A DNA stretch of 64,000 nucleotides from an uncultured Chloroflexia bacterium (GTDB lineage: Bacteria; Chloroflexota; Chloroflexia; Thermomicrobiales; UBA6265). The notes under the pieces are model-generated. The model was given only the letters and a program-made list of their open reading frames with translations, did no database searches and was not told the origin of the DNA. The DNA is taken from NCBI GenBank assembly GCA_963712055.1, contig CAVQGN010000003.1:226758-290757 (forward strand). Direction: 5' to 3'. Positions 9,121 to 19,236 of the stretch are shown here, in pieces; within the stretch, counting starts at the first letter, position 1; each line of letters begins with the position of its first letter. A program made the translations under genes and the position numbers.

Positions 9121-10773
9121 GTGACCAAGAACAAGAATGATGCTGGTCGGATCTTCGACCAGAAGATGTCGATCTATCTCAATGGTCTCCGCAATCAGGC
9201 GATGAGTCGGCGTGGATTCGTCCGGCTGGGCGCAGGCGCAATGGGTCTGGCGGCAGCCGGCACTGTGGGCGCCAAGCCTTTCCTGCCCGGACTGAGCGTG
9301 CTCGCTCAGGACGAGACGTCCTTCTCCTTCGCCCTCGAGGGCGATGTTCGCGGCCTGGAACCAGCCCTTGCCTACGACTTCGCGGCCAATCCCGTCGTTT
9401 GCCAGATCTCCGAGGGCTTGATGCAGTTCATGCCTGACGGCTCCATGGTTCCGCTGCTGGCAGAGAGCGCGGAACAGCCGGACGCTGTGACCTACTTGTA
9501 CACCCTTCGTTCTGGTGTCACGTTCCATAACGGAGAACCGGTGACGCTCGATGACGTTATCGCATCCATCGAGCGCGTCCAGGATCCAGAAGTGGCGGGT
9601 CCGATGGGTTGGATGTACGACCCGGTCGAGTCGATCGAAAAGGTCGACGATTCGACGCTTCAGATCACACTCTCCGCACCGAGTGCGCTCTATCGCTACG
9701 TGGCGGCCACAACGGCCGGTCATGTCATTCCAAAATCCGCGATCGAGGAGTTCGGGCTCGACCTCGCGATCAATCCCGTCGGAACAGGCCCGTACAAGTT
9801 CGTCAAGTACGATCAGGGATCCGAAATCGAACTCGAAAAAAACACCGAATACTGGCAGGAAGGGAAGCCGTATTTCGATAAAGTCTTCTTCAAGATCGTA
9901 CCAGAAGGAACAACACGCGTTGCCGGTCTCAAGAACGACGAAATCAACGCAATGACCCAGGTTCCGCCCGACCAGGTGGAGGCCATCCAGGAGTTCGAGA
10001 ACATTACCTGGCAGGAAGTCGTCGGATACACAATCAACATGGCGACAATGCGCACTGACCAGGCTCCATTCGACGACCCCATGATCCGCAAGGCTGTGTC
10101 GATGGCCATTCCGTATGAAGACATCATGGCCAACATCGTCAAGTCGACGGGTGTGCAGTCGTTCAGTTCAACGGTGCCGCCGAACATGCCTGGTAGTGCT
10201 GGTGATCAGATCGCCGCTCCGGTGTATGACCTCGAAGGTGCCAAAGCGGCTCTGGCCGAATCGTCGATGCCTGATGGTTTCTCGACGAAGTACCATGTCA
10301 TTGCCCCCAACGACGTCTGGATTCCAATGGCCGTCGCCGTTCAGGAAGCGCTGAAAGAGATCAACGTCGACCTCGAGATCGTCCAGATGGCCTACGATCA
10401 AATGATCACGCTGCAGCAGGCTGGCGACTACGAGGGCCTCATGAACTTCCAGTGGGGATCCGACTTCCCGGATGCCAGCGGTATGCTCTTGCCACTCTTC
10501 CATTCGCGGAACTTCCCGCCACAGAACAATCATGCCTACTACAACAACCCGGATGTCGACGCCATGCTGGATGCGTCCGAGGCCGAACTCGACGAGGAAG
10601 CCAGGACACAGCAGTTGATCGATATCCAGAAGCAGATTGCCGCAGATCAGCCAGCGATCTTCTTCGAGCACTTCAAATGGTTCATGCCGATGTCCAGCAG
10701 CGTCAGTGGCTATGAGGTCACACCGCTCTGGTATTGGGATGCGTTTATGCGGGATCTGCAGAACGCCGGCTAG
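9121..10773 (+). CDS. ABC transporter substrate-binding protein, family 5 (peptide/nickel type), Tat signal
   Basis: SRRGFVRLGAGAMGLAAAG twin-arginine signal. The 550-aa size and sequence are typical of DppA/OppA-like SBPs. GAGGAGG RBS before GTG 9121. Confidence 0.9.
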   Translation: MTKNKNDAGRIFDQKMSIYLNGLRNQAMSRRGFVRLGAGAMGLAAAGTVGAKPFLPGLSVLAQDETSFSFALEGDVRGLEPALAYDFAANPVVCQISEGLMQFMPDGSMVPLLAESAEQPDAVTYLYTLRSGVTFHNGEPVTLDDVIASIERVQDPEVAGPMGWMYDPVESIEKVDDSTLQITLSAPSALYRYVAATTAGHVIPKSAIEEFGLDLAINPVGTGPYKFVKYDQGSEIELEKNTEYWQEGKPYFDKVFFKIVPEGTTRVAGLKNDEINAMTQVPPDQVEAIQEFENITWQEVVGYTINMATMRTDQAPFDDPMIRKAVSMAIPYEDIMANIVKSTGVQSFSSTVPPNMPGSAGDQIAAPVYDLEGAKAALAESSMPDGFSTKYHVIAPNDVWIPMAVAVQEALKEINVDLEIVQMAYDQMITLQQAGDYEGLMNFQWGSDFPDASGMLLPLFHSRNFPPQNNHAYYNNPDVDAMLDASEAELDEEARTQQLIDIQKQIAADQPAIFFEHFKWFMPMSSSVSGYEVTPLWYWDAFMRDLQNAG

Positions 10774-10787
10774 TTCGTTCGTTTTTT

Positions 10788-10820
10788 GACCGGAGGCGAG
10801 TGATCGCCTCCGGTCTTTCC
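10788..10820 (+). terminator. intercistronic stem-loop after the SBP gene (attenuator/terminator-like)
   Basis: Perfect 12-bp stem GACCGGAGGCGA / TCGCCTCCGGTC with a GTGA loop, followed by TTTCC. Confidence 0.5.
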
Positions 10821-10837
10821 TCTGGTTCACCATCTCT

Positions 10838-11779
10838 ATGGTCCGATTAATTGTTACCCGGCTGTTGACGCTGATACCGTTGATGTTCATCATCGCGTCG
10901 GTAGTCTTCATGATGCTTCGGTTCGTCCCTGGTGATCCGGCCCGAATCATCGTGGGGAATCAGCGAATCACGGAAGAAAACCTGCAGGTGATCAGGGAGC
11001 AATATCGCCTGGACAAGCCAGTGCTGGTCCAATACGGCTATTGGGTTGGTGATCTGCTCCAAGGCGACCTCGGTCGTTCTTTCCGCCAACGCACAGATGT
11101 GGCCGATCTGATTCTGAGTCGCCTTCCACTCACGCTCAAACTCGCAACCGCCAGCTTCATGATTTCGCTGATGATTTCGATCCCGCTTGGCTTGCTGGCC
11201 GCTCTCAAACGCAACTCCTGGCTCGACCTTTCCGCCACCACGTTTTCCCTCGTCGGCGCGTCGTCGCCGGTCTATTTCACTGGCATCTTGTTTATCTTGA
11301 TCTTTTCCTACCGTCTTGGCTGGATGCCTGCACTAGGTGCTGGCGATGGTGGCTGGGATTCAGTGAAACACCTTGCTATGCCAGCGATGACACTCGGTCT
11401 CTCGCTGGCGTGCATCACTACCCGAATCACTCGCACCGCCATGATCGAATCGCTTTCGCAGGACTACATCGAAACCGCCCGGGCAAAAGGTCTGCCGACG
11501 AGAACCATCGTGATGAAACACGCGTTCCGGAATGCACTCATTCCGATCGTCACGGTTGCTGGTCTTCAGTTCGGGATATTGCTGGTCGGAACCGTTCTCG
11601 TCGAACATACCTTCGGGCTCGGTGGCCTTGGTTCTCTGATCGTCCAGGCGGTGCAAGTCCGCGATTATCCCGTTGTTCAGGGCACAACGATCTTCATTGC
11701 TCTGATGTTCATCCTGATCAATCTGCTTGTCGATATTCTTTATGCGGTCATCGATCCGCGTGTCCGGTACGGGGGGTAG
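10838..11779 (+). CDS. ABC transporter permease, DppB type
   Basis: MVRLIVTRLLTLIPLMF N-terminus and ETARAKGLPTRTIVMKHAFRNALIPIVT. Confidence 0.9.
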   Translation: MVRLIVTRLLTLIPLMFIIASVVFMMLRFVPGDPARIIVGNQRITEENLQVIREQYRLDKPVLVQYGYWVGDLLQGDLGRSFRQRTDVADLILSRLPLTLKLATASFMISLMISIPLGLLAALKRNSWLDLSATTFSLVGASSPVYFTGILFILIFSYRLGWMPALGAGDGGWDSVKHLAMPAMTLGLSLACITTRITRTAMIESLSQDYIETARAKGLPTRTIVMKHAFRNALIPIVTVAGLQFGILLVGTVLVEHTFGLGGLGSLIVQAVQVRDYPVVQGTTIFIALMFILINLLVDILYAVIDPRVRYGG

Positions 11780-11790
11780 CGTCCAACCTC

Positions 11791-12681
11791 ATGGCGATGG
11801 AAGCCTCAGTTCCGGCTCCGCAAACCATTGCGGATTTGCCTTCGACCCGGTCGCTCTTTCTCTGGCGATTTCGCAACAACACGAAAGCCATGCTCGGGCT
11901 GATCATCGTGGTCTCCCTTCTGCTTATTGCACTTTTCGCTCCATTCCTGGCTCCCAAGGATCCACTCGATGGCACTCTCTCGGACAGTCTTGCTGGACCG
12001 AGTCGCGAGTATCTCCTCGGCGCCGACAAGAACGGTCGCGACGTGCTCAGTCGGTTGATCTATGGAGCCCGAGTGGCGCTCGGCGGCGCGCTGGCCGTGG
12101 TGTTGATTTCAGAGGTCATCGGGGTGCCGCTCGGCATCTGGGCCGCCTATAAGGGTGGCTGGGTCGACGAAATTGTGATGCGGCTGTTCGACATGATGCT
12201 TGCGTTCCCGCCACTCCTGCTCTCGTTCGCGGTCGTTGCCGCTTTCGGGCCGTCGCTTCGTAATGTCGTAGTTGCTTTGGGAATCCTCTATGTTCCTTTC
12301 ATCGCCCGAGTGGTGAGGAGTGTCGCGCTCGTTCAGAAAGAAATGGCATATACCGAAGCGGCGGAAGCCATGGGATACGGCCAATGGCGAATCATCTTTC
12401 GCCATATCCTGCCGAACTGCATCTCACCGGTGATTGTTGTTTCATCGCTCGACCTTGCCTATGCCATGCTCGATATCGCCGCTCTCTCATTTCTCGGTCT
12501 GGGTGTCCAGCCACCAACACCTGACTGGGGCACGATGCTGAGCGAGGGCCGTGCTGTGCTCCTCACCTCCCCGCACGTGGCTGTGTTTGCCGGGATCGCC
12601 ATCGTGATTGCCGTCGTGGGCTTCAATCTGCTTGGCGATGGGTTGAGCGACGTGCTCGATCCGCGACAACAGGAGAACTAA
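11791..12681 (+). CDS. ABC transporter permease, DppC type
   Basis: ATG 11791 lies just after the upstream stop. TEAAEAMGYGQWRIIFRHILPNCISPVIV. The 5' part of track ORF 11410-12681 overlaps the previous gene. Confidence 0.9.
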   Translation: MAMEASVPAPQTIADLPSTRSLFLWRFRNNTKAMLGLIIVVSLLLIALFAPFLAPKDPLDGTLSDSLAGPSREYLLGADKNGRDVLSRLIYGARVALGGALAVVLISEVIGVPLGIWAAYKGGWVDEIVMRLFDMMLAFPPLLLSFAVVAAFGPSLRNVVVALGILYVPFIARVVRSVALVQKEMAYTEAAEAMGYGQWRIIFRHILPNCISPVIVVSSLDLAYAMLDIAALSFLGLGVQPPTPDWGTMLSEGRAVLLTSPHVAVFAGIAIVIAVVGFNLLGDGLSDVLDPRQQEN

Positions 12682-13712
12682 TGACCGCAGCCACACCCAT
12701 TCTCGAAGTTGACGATCTTCACGTCTATTTCAACACGAGAGTCGGCGACGCCAAAGCGGTCGACGGGGTCACCTTCTCGATCGGACGCGGAGAAACCCTC
12801 GGTCTGGTCGGTGAATCGGGTTCTGGCAAGAGCGTGACCGCTCGGGCAATCATGCGTCTCGTGCCGACGCCACCCGGTCGGTATGCGGGCGGGGAAATCC
12901 GCTTCGATGGCAGCAATCTCCTCGACGTATCCAATGATGCGATGCGCGCGATCAGGGGTGGCCGGATCGGGATGATCTTCCAGGATCCAATGACGTTTCT
13001 CAATCCGGTCTACACCGCCGGTGAGCAGGTTGCCGAAGCGATTCGGCTCCATGGGGGCGCTTCCCGCGGTGAAGCGAAAGCGCAGACCATCGATCTGTTC
13101 AAACTCGTTGGTATTCCTAGTTCAGAAGAACGGTACTCGAGCTATCCCCATCAGCTGTCTGGCGGGATGCGGCAGCGGGTCATGATCGCCATGGCGCTTT
13201 CGTCCAGTCCAGAACTCCTCATCGCCGACGAACCGACCACCGCCCTGGATGTCACTATCCAGGCCCAGATCCTCGATCTCCTCCGTGATCTCCAGGCGAA
13301 ACTCGGTATGAGCATCCTCCTGATCACCCACGACCTGGGTGTGGTGGCGGAGATGTGTGACAACGTCGCCGTCATGTACGCGGGCCAGATCGTCGAACGA
13401 GCCCCAGTTCGAGATCTCTTTAACCGACCTGAACATCCGTATAGCGTTGGACTCCTTGCGGCAGTTCCAGGTTCGAATTACGCCGGTGCTGGTCCGGAAC
13501 CGATCCCTGGTTCACCGCCTGACCTCGTGCGCGTGCCTCCTGGATGCCGGTTCAATCCGCGCTGCTGGATGGCCGAAGAACGTTGCCGCATCGAGGAACC
13601 AGCGTCACTCGAAATCGATTCTGGGCATTGGTCGCGCTGCCATTTTGCAGGAACGGGCAAGGTCTCAGCGGCAAGTCGAGTCGATTCTCTAGCTTCGGGT
13701 TCAACCTCGTGA
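12681..13712 (+). CDS. ABC transporter ATP-binding protein, DppD/OppD type
   Basis: Walker A GESGSGKS, signature LSGGMRQRV, Walker [13 protein letters not shown]. The start overlaps the upstream stop (TAATG). Confidence 0.9.
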   Translation: MTAATPILEVDDLHVYFNTRVGDAKAVDGVTFSIGRGETLGLVGESGSGKSVTARAIMRLVPTPPGRYAGGEIRFDGSNLLDVSNDAMRAIRGGRIGMIFQDPMTFLNPVYTAGEQVAEAIRLHGGASRGEAKAQTIDLFKLVGIPSSEERYSSYPHQLSGGMRQRVMIAMALSSSPELLIADEPTTALDVTIQAQILDLLRDLQAKLGMSILLITHDLGVVAEMCDNVAVMYAGQIVERAPVRDLFNRPEHPYSVGLLAAVPGSNYAGAGPEPIPGSPPDLVRVPPGCRFNPRCWMAEERCRIEEPASLEIDSGHWSRCHFAGTGKVSAASRVDSLASGSTS

Positions 13713-14752
13713 GCACACCTCTCTCCAGCGAGACCCGGGCATCCGTAGAAACGCCATTGCTTGAAGTGCGGGGCATGGTCAAGCACTTCCCTTTGACCAG
13801 GGGTCTCATCTCGCGGATTCGAGGACGACCAGAAGCGGTCGTGCGTGCTGTTGACGGTATCAGTCTGACCATCATGTCTGGCGAAACCATGGCGCTGGTA
13901 GGCGAAAGCGGTTGCGGTAAATCCACAACCGGGCGGTGTGTACTTTATCTGCAGCCACCAACAGCTGGTGAGGTGGTATTTGATGGCCAGACGATCGATC
14001 CGAACAATGGATCGGCGATGCGCGACCGCCGCAAAGACATGCAGATCATTTTCCAGGACCCGAATTCGTCGCTGAATCCCCGCATGACCGTCGGCCAAAC
14101 GCTGAAAGAAGCGATCGCGTTTCACCACATCGTTCCAGGAAGCGAACGTGATGGCGCGGTTGCTGACCTCCTTGAAACGGTCGGACTATCAGCTCAACAC
14201 GATAGTCGCTATCCGAATGAATTGTCGGGAGGCCAGCGGCAGCGGGTCGGGATCGCGCGGGCATTGGCAGTCAACCCTCGCCTGGTTGTTGCCGACGAAC
14301 CGGTCAGCGCGCTTGATGTTTCCGTGCAGGCGCAGATTCTGCGCTTGCTCGAGAATTTGCGCGAGGACCGCGGGCTTTCCTATCTCTTCATCAGCCACGA
14401 TCTTGGCGTGGTCAAACACATTGCCGACAAAGTCGCGGTGATGTATCTCGGCAAAATCGTCGAACAGGCGGCGACAAGAGACCTGTTCATCAGACCCTTG
14501 CATCCATACACCCGCGCATTGCTTTCAGCGGCACCGGTCGCCAATCCGGACGCTCCGCGGACGCGGTTGCTGCTGCCTGGCGATCCACCCAGTCCAATCA
14601 ATCCCCCCAGCGGCTGCCGTTTCCGCACGCGCTGTGTGTATGCGCAGGACCATTGCGCCGCGGAGGAGCCCATTCTCCGCGACCTCGGAACGAGTCATCT
14701 AGTTGCCTGCCACTTCGCCGAAGCGATCGAATCGGCTCATCCTCCCGTGTGA
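13709..14752 (+). CDS. ABC transporter ATP-binding protein, DppF/OppF type
   Basis: GTG 13709 overlaps the upstream TGA (GTGA). Walker A GESGCGKST, signature LSGGQRQRV, Walker B LVVADEPVSALD. Confidence 0.9.
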   Translation: MSTPLSSETRASVETPLLEVRGMVKHFPLTRGLISRIRGRPEAVVRAVDGISLTIMSGETMALVGESGCGKSTTGRCVLYLQPPTAGEVVFDGQTIDPNNGSAMRDRRKDMQIIFQDPNSSLNPRMTVGQTLKEAIAFHHIVPGSERDGAVADLLETVGLSAQHDSRYPNELSGGQRQRVGIARALAVNPRLVVADEPVSALDVSVQAQILRLLENLREDRGLSYLFISHDLGVVKHIADKVAVMYLGKIVEQAATRDLFIRPLHPYTRALLSAAPVANPDAPRTRLLLPGDPPSPINPPSGCRFRTRCVYAQDHCAAEEPILRDLGTSHLVACHFAEAIESAHPPV

Positions 14753-14888
14753 CAGACGAATCTGTCATGCTTCGGTTGGTCTGCTATCATCGTGGATCAG
14801 TAACGGACTGGCGAGTTCGTGTGGGTGAGTGCTGGCTGGACTCCACCCGCACAATCCTGATCGAACGAAGTCTGGCCAAGGTTTCCGT

Positions 14889-16010
14889 GTGAAAATCGCT
14901 CAGGTTACCCCGTATGACGTGGCCCACCCCGGTGGCGTCGGTCAGCACATCTACCACCTAAAAAAAGAATTCGAAGCGCAAGGCCATGAGGTGTCCGTTA
15001 TGGCACCCAAGGGAAACAAGGGCGGGCTGGAAATCGGACCGGGTTTCTATGGGGTGGGGCGTACAATCGCGATCCCAGCGAACGGCAGTCAGGCTCGCTT
15101 GACATTTGATATTTCACTCTACAACGTGGTGAAGGAGATTTTGAACCGGGAGAATTTTGACGTTGTTCACCTGCATGAACCGTTGACTCCGCTGCTCCCG
15201 TACATGGTTCTGACCAACTCCAACTCAGTCAATGTGGCGACGTTTCATGCCGCCCGCGAAACCAATCACTGGTATTCGGTACTGAAGCCCTACCTCTCGT
15301 TCATGCTCAGCCGACTCGATTCGCGAATATGCGTTTCCAAGCCTGCCGAAGAGGTTGTCAAGCAGTATTTTGGCGGGACCTATGACATTATCCCGAACGG
15401 CATCGACATCACACGGTACTCTCCGGACGTCGAACCCTTTCCATGGGCCTTTGATGGACGTCCTTCAATCCTCTTCGTCGGCCGCTTCAATGAATCCCGA
15501 AAGGGCTTCAAGTATCTGATCCGTGCCTTGCCGATGGTTCAGCAGCAGTTTCCAGACACGCGACTTGTGGTGGTCGGACCGGGCGACCGGGGGAAATTCC
15601 AGGACGTCATCGACCGCTATGGGATCCACGGTGTCGATTTTGTTGGCGCTGTATCACCAGCTGACTTGCCACGATACTACGCAAGTTGCACCGTATTTGC
15701 CTCCCCAGCAACCCACGGCGAAAGCTTTGGATTGGTGCTTCTCGAAGGAATGGCCTCCGGCAAACCAGTTGTTGCCTCGAACATTCCCGGCTACGCCAGC
15801 GTGGTTACGAGCAACGTAGACGGTTTGCTCACCGGGCCGAAAGACCCGGCATCGATAGCCTTGGCAATCGTCCGGCTCCTTTCAGATACCGGTCTGGCTC
15901 AGCGAATTTCAGAACAGGGACGGATCACGTCCCAGCAATACGCCTGGCCCGTCGTTGCCAAACAGGTGCTCGACGTCTATGGCCGATCGATGGCAGGTGT
16001 CTCTCGATGA
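14889..16010 (+). CDS. GT4 glycosyltransferase, PimA-like (phosphatidylinositol mannosyltransferase-like)
   Basis: VKIAQVTPYDVAHPGGVGQHIYHL N-terminus and ESFGLVLLEGMASGKPVVAS (E-x7-E region). GTG 14889 was chosen as start. Confidence 0.8.
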   Translation: MKIAQVTPYDVAHPGGVGQHIYHLKKEFEAQGHEVSVMAPKGNKGGLEIGPGFYGVGRTIAIPANGSQARLTFDISLYNVVKEILNRENFDVVHLHEPLTPLLPYMVLTNSNSVNVATFHAARETNHWYSVLKPYLSFMLSRLDSRICVSKPAEEVVKQYFGGTYDIIPNGIDITRYSPDVEPFPWAFDGRPSILFVGRFNESRKGFKYLIRALPMVQQQFPDTRLVVVGPGDRGKFQDVIDRYGIHGVDFVGAVSPADLPRYYASCTVFASPATHGESFGLVLLEGMASGKPVVASNIPGYASVVTSNVDGLLTGPKDPASIALAIVRLLSDTGLAQRISEQGRITSQQYAWPVVAKQVLDVYGRSMAGVSR

Positions 16011-16612
16011 TTTCAGAACGAATCGGCGGCTGGGCGCGGCAGCAAATGCTCGTGGTTGGTGAGTTCCTCGGCAAGCTTGGTCTGACACCGAACCTCCTGA
16101 CCATCATTGGATTCGTGCTCAACGTGGTCGTGGCGATCATCATCGCAACCGGTCATGTCCGGCTTGGCGGCGTGCTCCTCCTCTTTTCGAGCGGCTTTGA
16201 CGTCCTTGATGGTTCGGTGGCGCGAGCAACCGGCAAAGCCAGCAAGTTCGGCGGTTTTTTCGATTCCACCGTCGACCGCTATTCCGAGATCGTGGTCTAC
16301 GTCGGACTGCTCTGGTATCTCCTCGGCACCGATGACTGGAAATGGGGCGCCATGCTCACACTTCTGGCCGCAACCGGGGCATTGATGATCAGTTATGCCC
16401 GCGCTCGCGCCGAAGCCGCCGGCTGGACTGCTTCGGTTGGATTATTCGCACGTTCTGAACGGGTCGTGATTTTGTCAATCGGACTCGTCGTAGGCTATCC
16501 CGTCTGGGCACTCGGCATTCTTGCCGTTGGCACGCACATTACCGCGGTTTGGCGAATGTTCCATGTCTGGAAGTTGTCGCTCCAACCACCGGATTTGCTC
16601 TCCGACTCCTGA
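16007..16612 (+). CDS. CDP-alcohol phosphatidyltransferase (PgsA / PI-phosphate synthase-like)
   Basis: Complete D-x2-DG-x2-AR-x8-G-x3-D-x3-D motif (DVLDGSVARATGKASKFGGFFDSTVDRYSE). ATGA overlap with the upstream GT4 gene. Confidence 0.85.
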   Translation: MISERIGGWARQQMLVVGEFLGKLGLTPNLLTIIGFVLNVVVAIIIATGHVRLGGVLLLFSSGFDVLDGSVARATGKASKFGGFFDSTVDRYSEIVVYVGLLWYLLGTDDWKWGAMLTLLAATGALMISYARARAEAAGWTASVGLFARSERVVILSIGLVVGYPVWALGILAVGTHITAVWRMFHVWKLSLQPPDLLSDS

Positions 16613-16639
16613 CGAAGCAAAACCCGAATCTAACGTCAA

Positions 16640-16792
16640 GTGAGTTTTCTTGATGAAGACGATATCGAAAGCGCGGGCAGCAAGCCCGAGGATATCGCTT
16701 CGGCTGCGCGTTCCTGCCAGGCGATCCTGATTCTTTTCGGGATAATCCTGCTGCTCGCCTTTGCGGCTTTTCTCGTCTATTTGCTCTCCTGA
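16640..16792 (+). CDS. candidate 50-aa membrane protein (below ORF-track cut-off)
   Basis: GTG-started ORF with an acidic N-terminus and one clear C-terminal TM helix (AILILFGIILLLAFAAFLVYLL). No convincing RBS. Confidence 0.2.
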   Translation: MSFLDEDDIESAGSKPEDIASAARSCQAILILFGIILLLAFAAFLVYLLS

Positions 16793-16814
16793 ACGAGCGG
16801 ATCCATCAGCACCG

Positions 16815-18056
16815 TCAGGAAACAACCGCTACTGGTTGCGAGCAGTCGAAGACGATCTTGACCGCGCTTTCTTTGCCGCGCACCAGACTGGTGCGAATCG
16901 CGTCGTGCCAATCCGCGAGGGGGAAGACATGTGTGACGATCGATGACAGGTCGATTTCCGGATGCTTCTGGATCAGGTCCATCGCCACGTCAAACGTATG
17001 CGGTGCGCCTTCCAGACTGCGTTCTGGACCATAAACATATGACCCGGTGATCTGAAGCTCGCGAGCCCAAACAAACGAAAGATCGAGTTTGGGAACTTCC
17101 GCTGCGCACCCGACCAGCATGACCTGCCCTTTCGGTCCCGCCACGCGCAGGCTCTCATCAACGCTCGAGGCTGACCCCACGCAGTCATAAACCCAGTCGA
17201 AACCACCCGCATACACCGGTTTGCCTCGGATCGGCTTGTAGCGACGCGCACCGGCGATCTCCACGGCTGCTTCACCGGGAGCCACCCGTTCGAGCACAGC
17301 GGTGGCACCAAAACTCCTCGCCAGCTCAGTCTGATGGGAATGGCGAGAGAGAACCGTGACATCACATGTATGCCCAAGCATCCGCAGCGCCGCCATCACC
17401 AGCAACCCAATCGTTCCACTGCCGATGATCAGTACTTTCGCTCCCGGTGGGGGTGGATTCCGCAGCACAGCATGGACCGCTACACTGAATGGTTCGACCA
17501 CGACGGCCGTTTTCGCGTTGACACTATCCGGAACCGAAAACACCTGGCTGCGGTGAACGATCATGTCCGTCGACCAGCCACCTGGAAGATCGTGACAAAA
17601 ACCGGTCAGCATCCCAGCGGATATCTGCCCTTCAGCGCTGCGCATACACAGTCCTGGCTCCCCGTGAGCGCAGGAGCGGCATGGCACCAGACCTCGCATC
17701 GCGCAGGAGATGACGGGATTAACCACTACTCGCTGACCGACTTCCAAGCCCCTGACGTCTGGTCCCATTTCCACCACCGTCGCAAGAACCTCATGGCCCG
17801 GAACGAGCGGGAACGAAACGAATGGAGTAAGGGCCGGTCCAGAGCGATTAAGGAGCATCGACATATCGCTCCCGCAGATGCCGGTCATCACCGGTGCCAG
17901 CCGCAGCCAGTCGTCGCCGCGCAGCGGAGTCTTCGGCAAATCGGCTTCGCTCAAACCAGGGATATCGCCGCGCTCGAGACGCTTTATTGGAAGACGGTCA
18001 GCAGCCCGAACCTTAAGGTAATTTGGAATCGAAAAATGGTAGACAAGAGCGTTCAC
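16815..18056 (-). CDS. zinc-dependent medium-chain alcohol/threonine dehydrogenase family protein
   Basis: GICGSDMSML, PLVPGHEVLATVV, and Rossmann IIGSGTIGLL. Start set to GTG 18056, 6 nt after AGGAGG. Confidence 0.85.
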   Translation of the reverse strand: MNALVYHFSIPNYLKVRAADRLPIKRLERGDIPGLSEADLPKTPLRGDDWLRLAPVMTGICGSDMSMLLNRSGPALTPFVSFPLVPGHEVLATVVEMGPDVRGLEVGQRVVVNPVISCAMRGLVPCRSCAHGEPGLCMRSAEGQISAGMLTGFCHDLPGGWSTDMIVHRSQVFSVPDSVNAKTAVVVEPFSVAVHAVLRNPPPPGAKVLIIGSGTIGLLVMAALRMLGHTCDVTVLSRHSHQTELARSFGATAVLERVAPGEAAVEIAGARRYKPIRGKPVYAGGFDWVYDCVGSASSVDESLRVAGPKGQVMLVGCAAEVPKLDLSFVWARELQITGSYVYGPERSLEGAPHTFDVAMDLIQKHPEIDLSSIVTHVFPLADWHDAIRTSLVRGKESAVKIVFDCSQPVAVVS

Positions 18057-18072
18057 TGGGTTCCTCCTGTGC

Positions 18073-18106
18073 AAAAAGCCGCCATCCCGGAGGGCGGCGG
18101 CTTTTT
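18073..18106. terminator. bidirectional rho-independent terminator-like hairpin
   Basis: AAAAAGCCGCC...GGCGGCTTTTT: a GC stem flanked by an A-run and a T-run, downstream of the minus-strand aldolase-like gene. Confidence 0.6.
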
Positions 18107-18129
18107 CACGTTGACTCGATGACGCGCGC

Positions 18130-19236
18130 CTAGATCATTGGCACCTGACGTTGGACCTGGCCTTCGATCCGGTCGAAAATCTCATCAAGGCTCTCACCGG
18201 TGATGGTCAATCCATGATTTCGGAGACCGATCACCGCGTGACCAGGATCTGGCGATTCGTCGACCAGTTTGGAGACTGCATCAGCCAGCTCGATCGTGCC
18301 ACAGGGGTAGTTGACGTTGGTCGACGGAATATCCGGCATCCAGGCATGGATGTGCAGAATAGCTCCGACTTCGGGGTGGCCACGATAGATCTTGAAATGC
18401 TCGATCGCATCAACCGAAACCCGCCTCGGATTGATGTCCGGCGGCACACTCAGGCGCATGGCTTTGCGTTCGGGAAGAAAATCGGTCACCATCAGGATCT
18501 CGGTGCCAACCTCTTCGAGATTGCTCTTGTCGACGCCACTGGCGCTCATCCAGAAGCGCTCAGCATCCTTGCGCGCACTCACGTTGCCATAACTCAGCCC
18601 GCCTATGTTGAACATCTGCTTCAAGTGACGAAGATCAGCCTCGGGCAAGTAATCGACGATCGGAAACGGTGACGGCAAGAGATCGAGTTCGTCGAGACGT
18701 TTGCCGGCCCGGGTAATCGAAGCCGTGATTTCATCTCCATCCCAGAGTTCTGGTTCGAGATCAGGCACGAATTCGTTTTCGATAATCAGATTGGAGGTTG
18801 CCAGCGGGGCGAGACGTTCAACCAAGACATCGAAAAAGGCGTTCTCATCGCCTTCCCAGGGAATCGAGTAAGAGCCCTGCTCCAACGTGGAAACGAACGC
18901 TTCGGGCAAACCATTCTTTCCGTTTCGCACGGCGAGAACAAAGATATTGCCAAGCGAGCGCAGTTGGAGGGGATAGAGTCGGGCGAGCGGCACTTCCGGT
19001 GGTTCTTCATCCTCACCAATCCCAACCACGAAAACCGCGCGATTCTTGCGGCGGAAGCTTCGAGGTGACTCGGTGTCGACTGGGTGCAATGCGATACCCC
19101 CGCGCTCGGCGGGTTCGTCACCTTCCACCACTGGATATCCTTTTGCCAGCAGCTGGCGGCGCAATCCATCAGTAAACCAGTCGCGCAATTCATTGGGGGC
19201 TTTGCCGATTTGCGGCGCAGCAATCGTTTCAGACAT
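18130..19236 (-). CDS. class II aldolase/adducin-domain protein with unassigned ~190-aa N-terminal region
   Basis: The C-terminal half resembles class II aldolases (GNVSARKD..FWMSASGV; AILHIHAW; LRNHGLTITGESLDE). ATG 19236 lies 4 nt after GGAGGA. Confidence 0.7.
   Translation of the reverse strand: MSETIAAPQIGKAPNELRDWFTDGLRRQLLAKGYPVVEGDEPAERGGIALHPVDTESPRSFRRKNRAVFVVGIGEDEEPPEVPLARLYPLQLRSLGNIFVLAVRNGKNGLPEAFVSTLEQGSYSIPWEGDENAFFDVLVERLAPLATSNLIIENEFVPDLEPELWDGDEITASITRAGKRLDELDLLPSPFPIVDYLPEADLRHLKQMFNIGGLSYGNVSARKDAERFWMSASGVDKSNLEEVGTEILMVTDFLPERKAMRLSVPPDINPRRVSVDAIEHFKIYRGHPEVGAILHIHAWMPDIPSTNVNYPCGTIELADAVSKLVDESPDPGHAVIGLRNHGLTITGESLDEIFDRIEGQVQRQVPMI

Noticed and set aside
13470-13478. 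tRNA T-arm-like strings (GGTTCGAAT here; GGTTCGA also near 17487 and 42846).
   Set aside because: All lie inside well-supported protein-coding genes, and no acceptor or anticodon arms can be folded around them.
16653-16730. 25-codon ATG ORF (MKTISKARAASPRISLRLRVPARRS) downstream of the phosphatidyltransferase gene.
   Set aside because: It is highly basic, low-complexity and has no RBS. The overlapping 50-codon TM ORF in another frame is the more plausible reading, though still weak.
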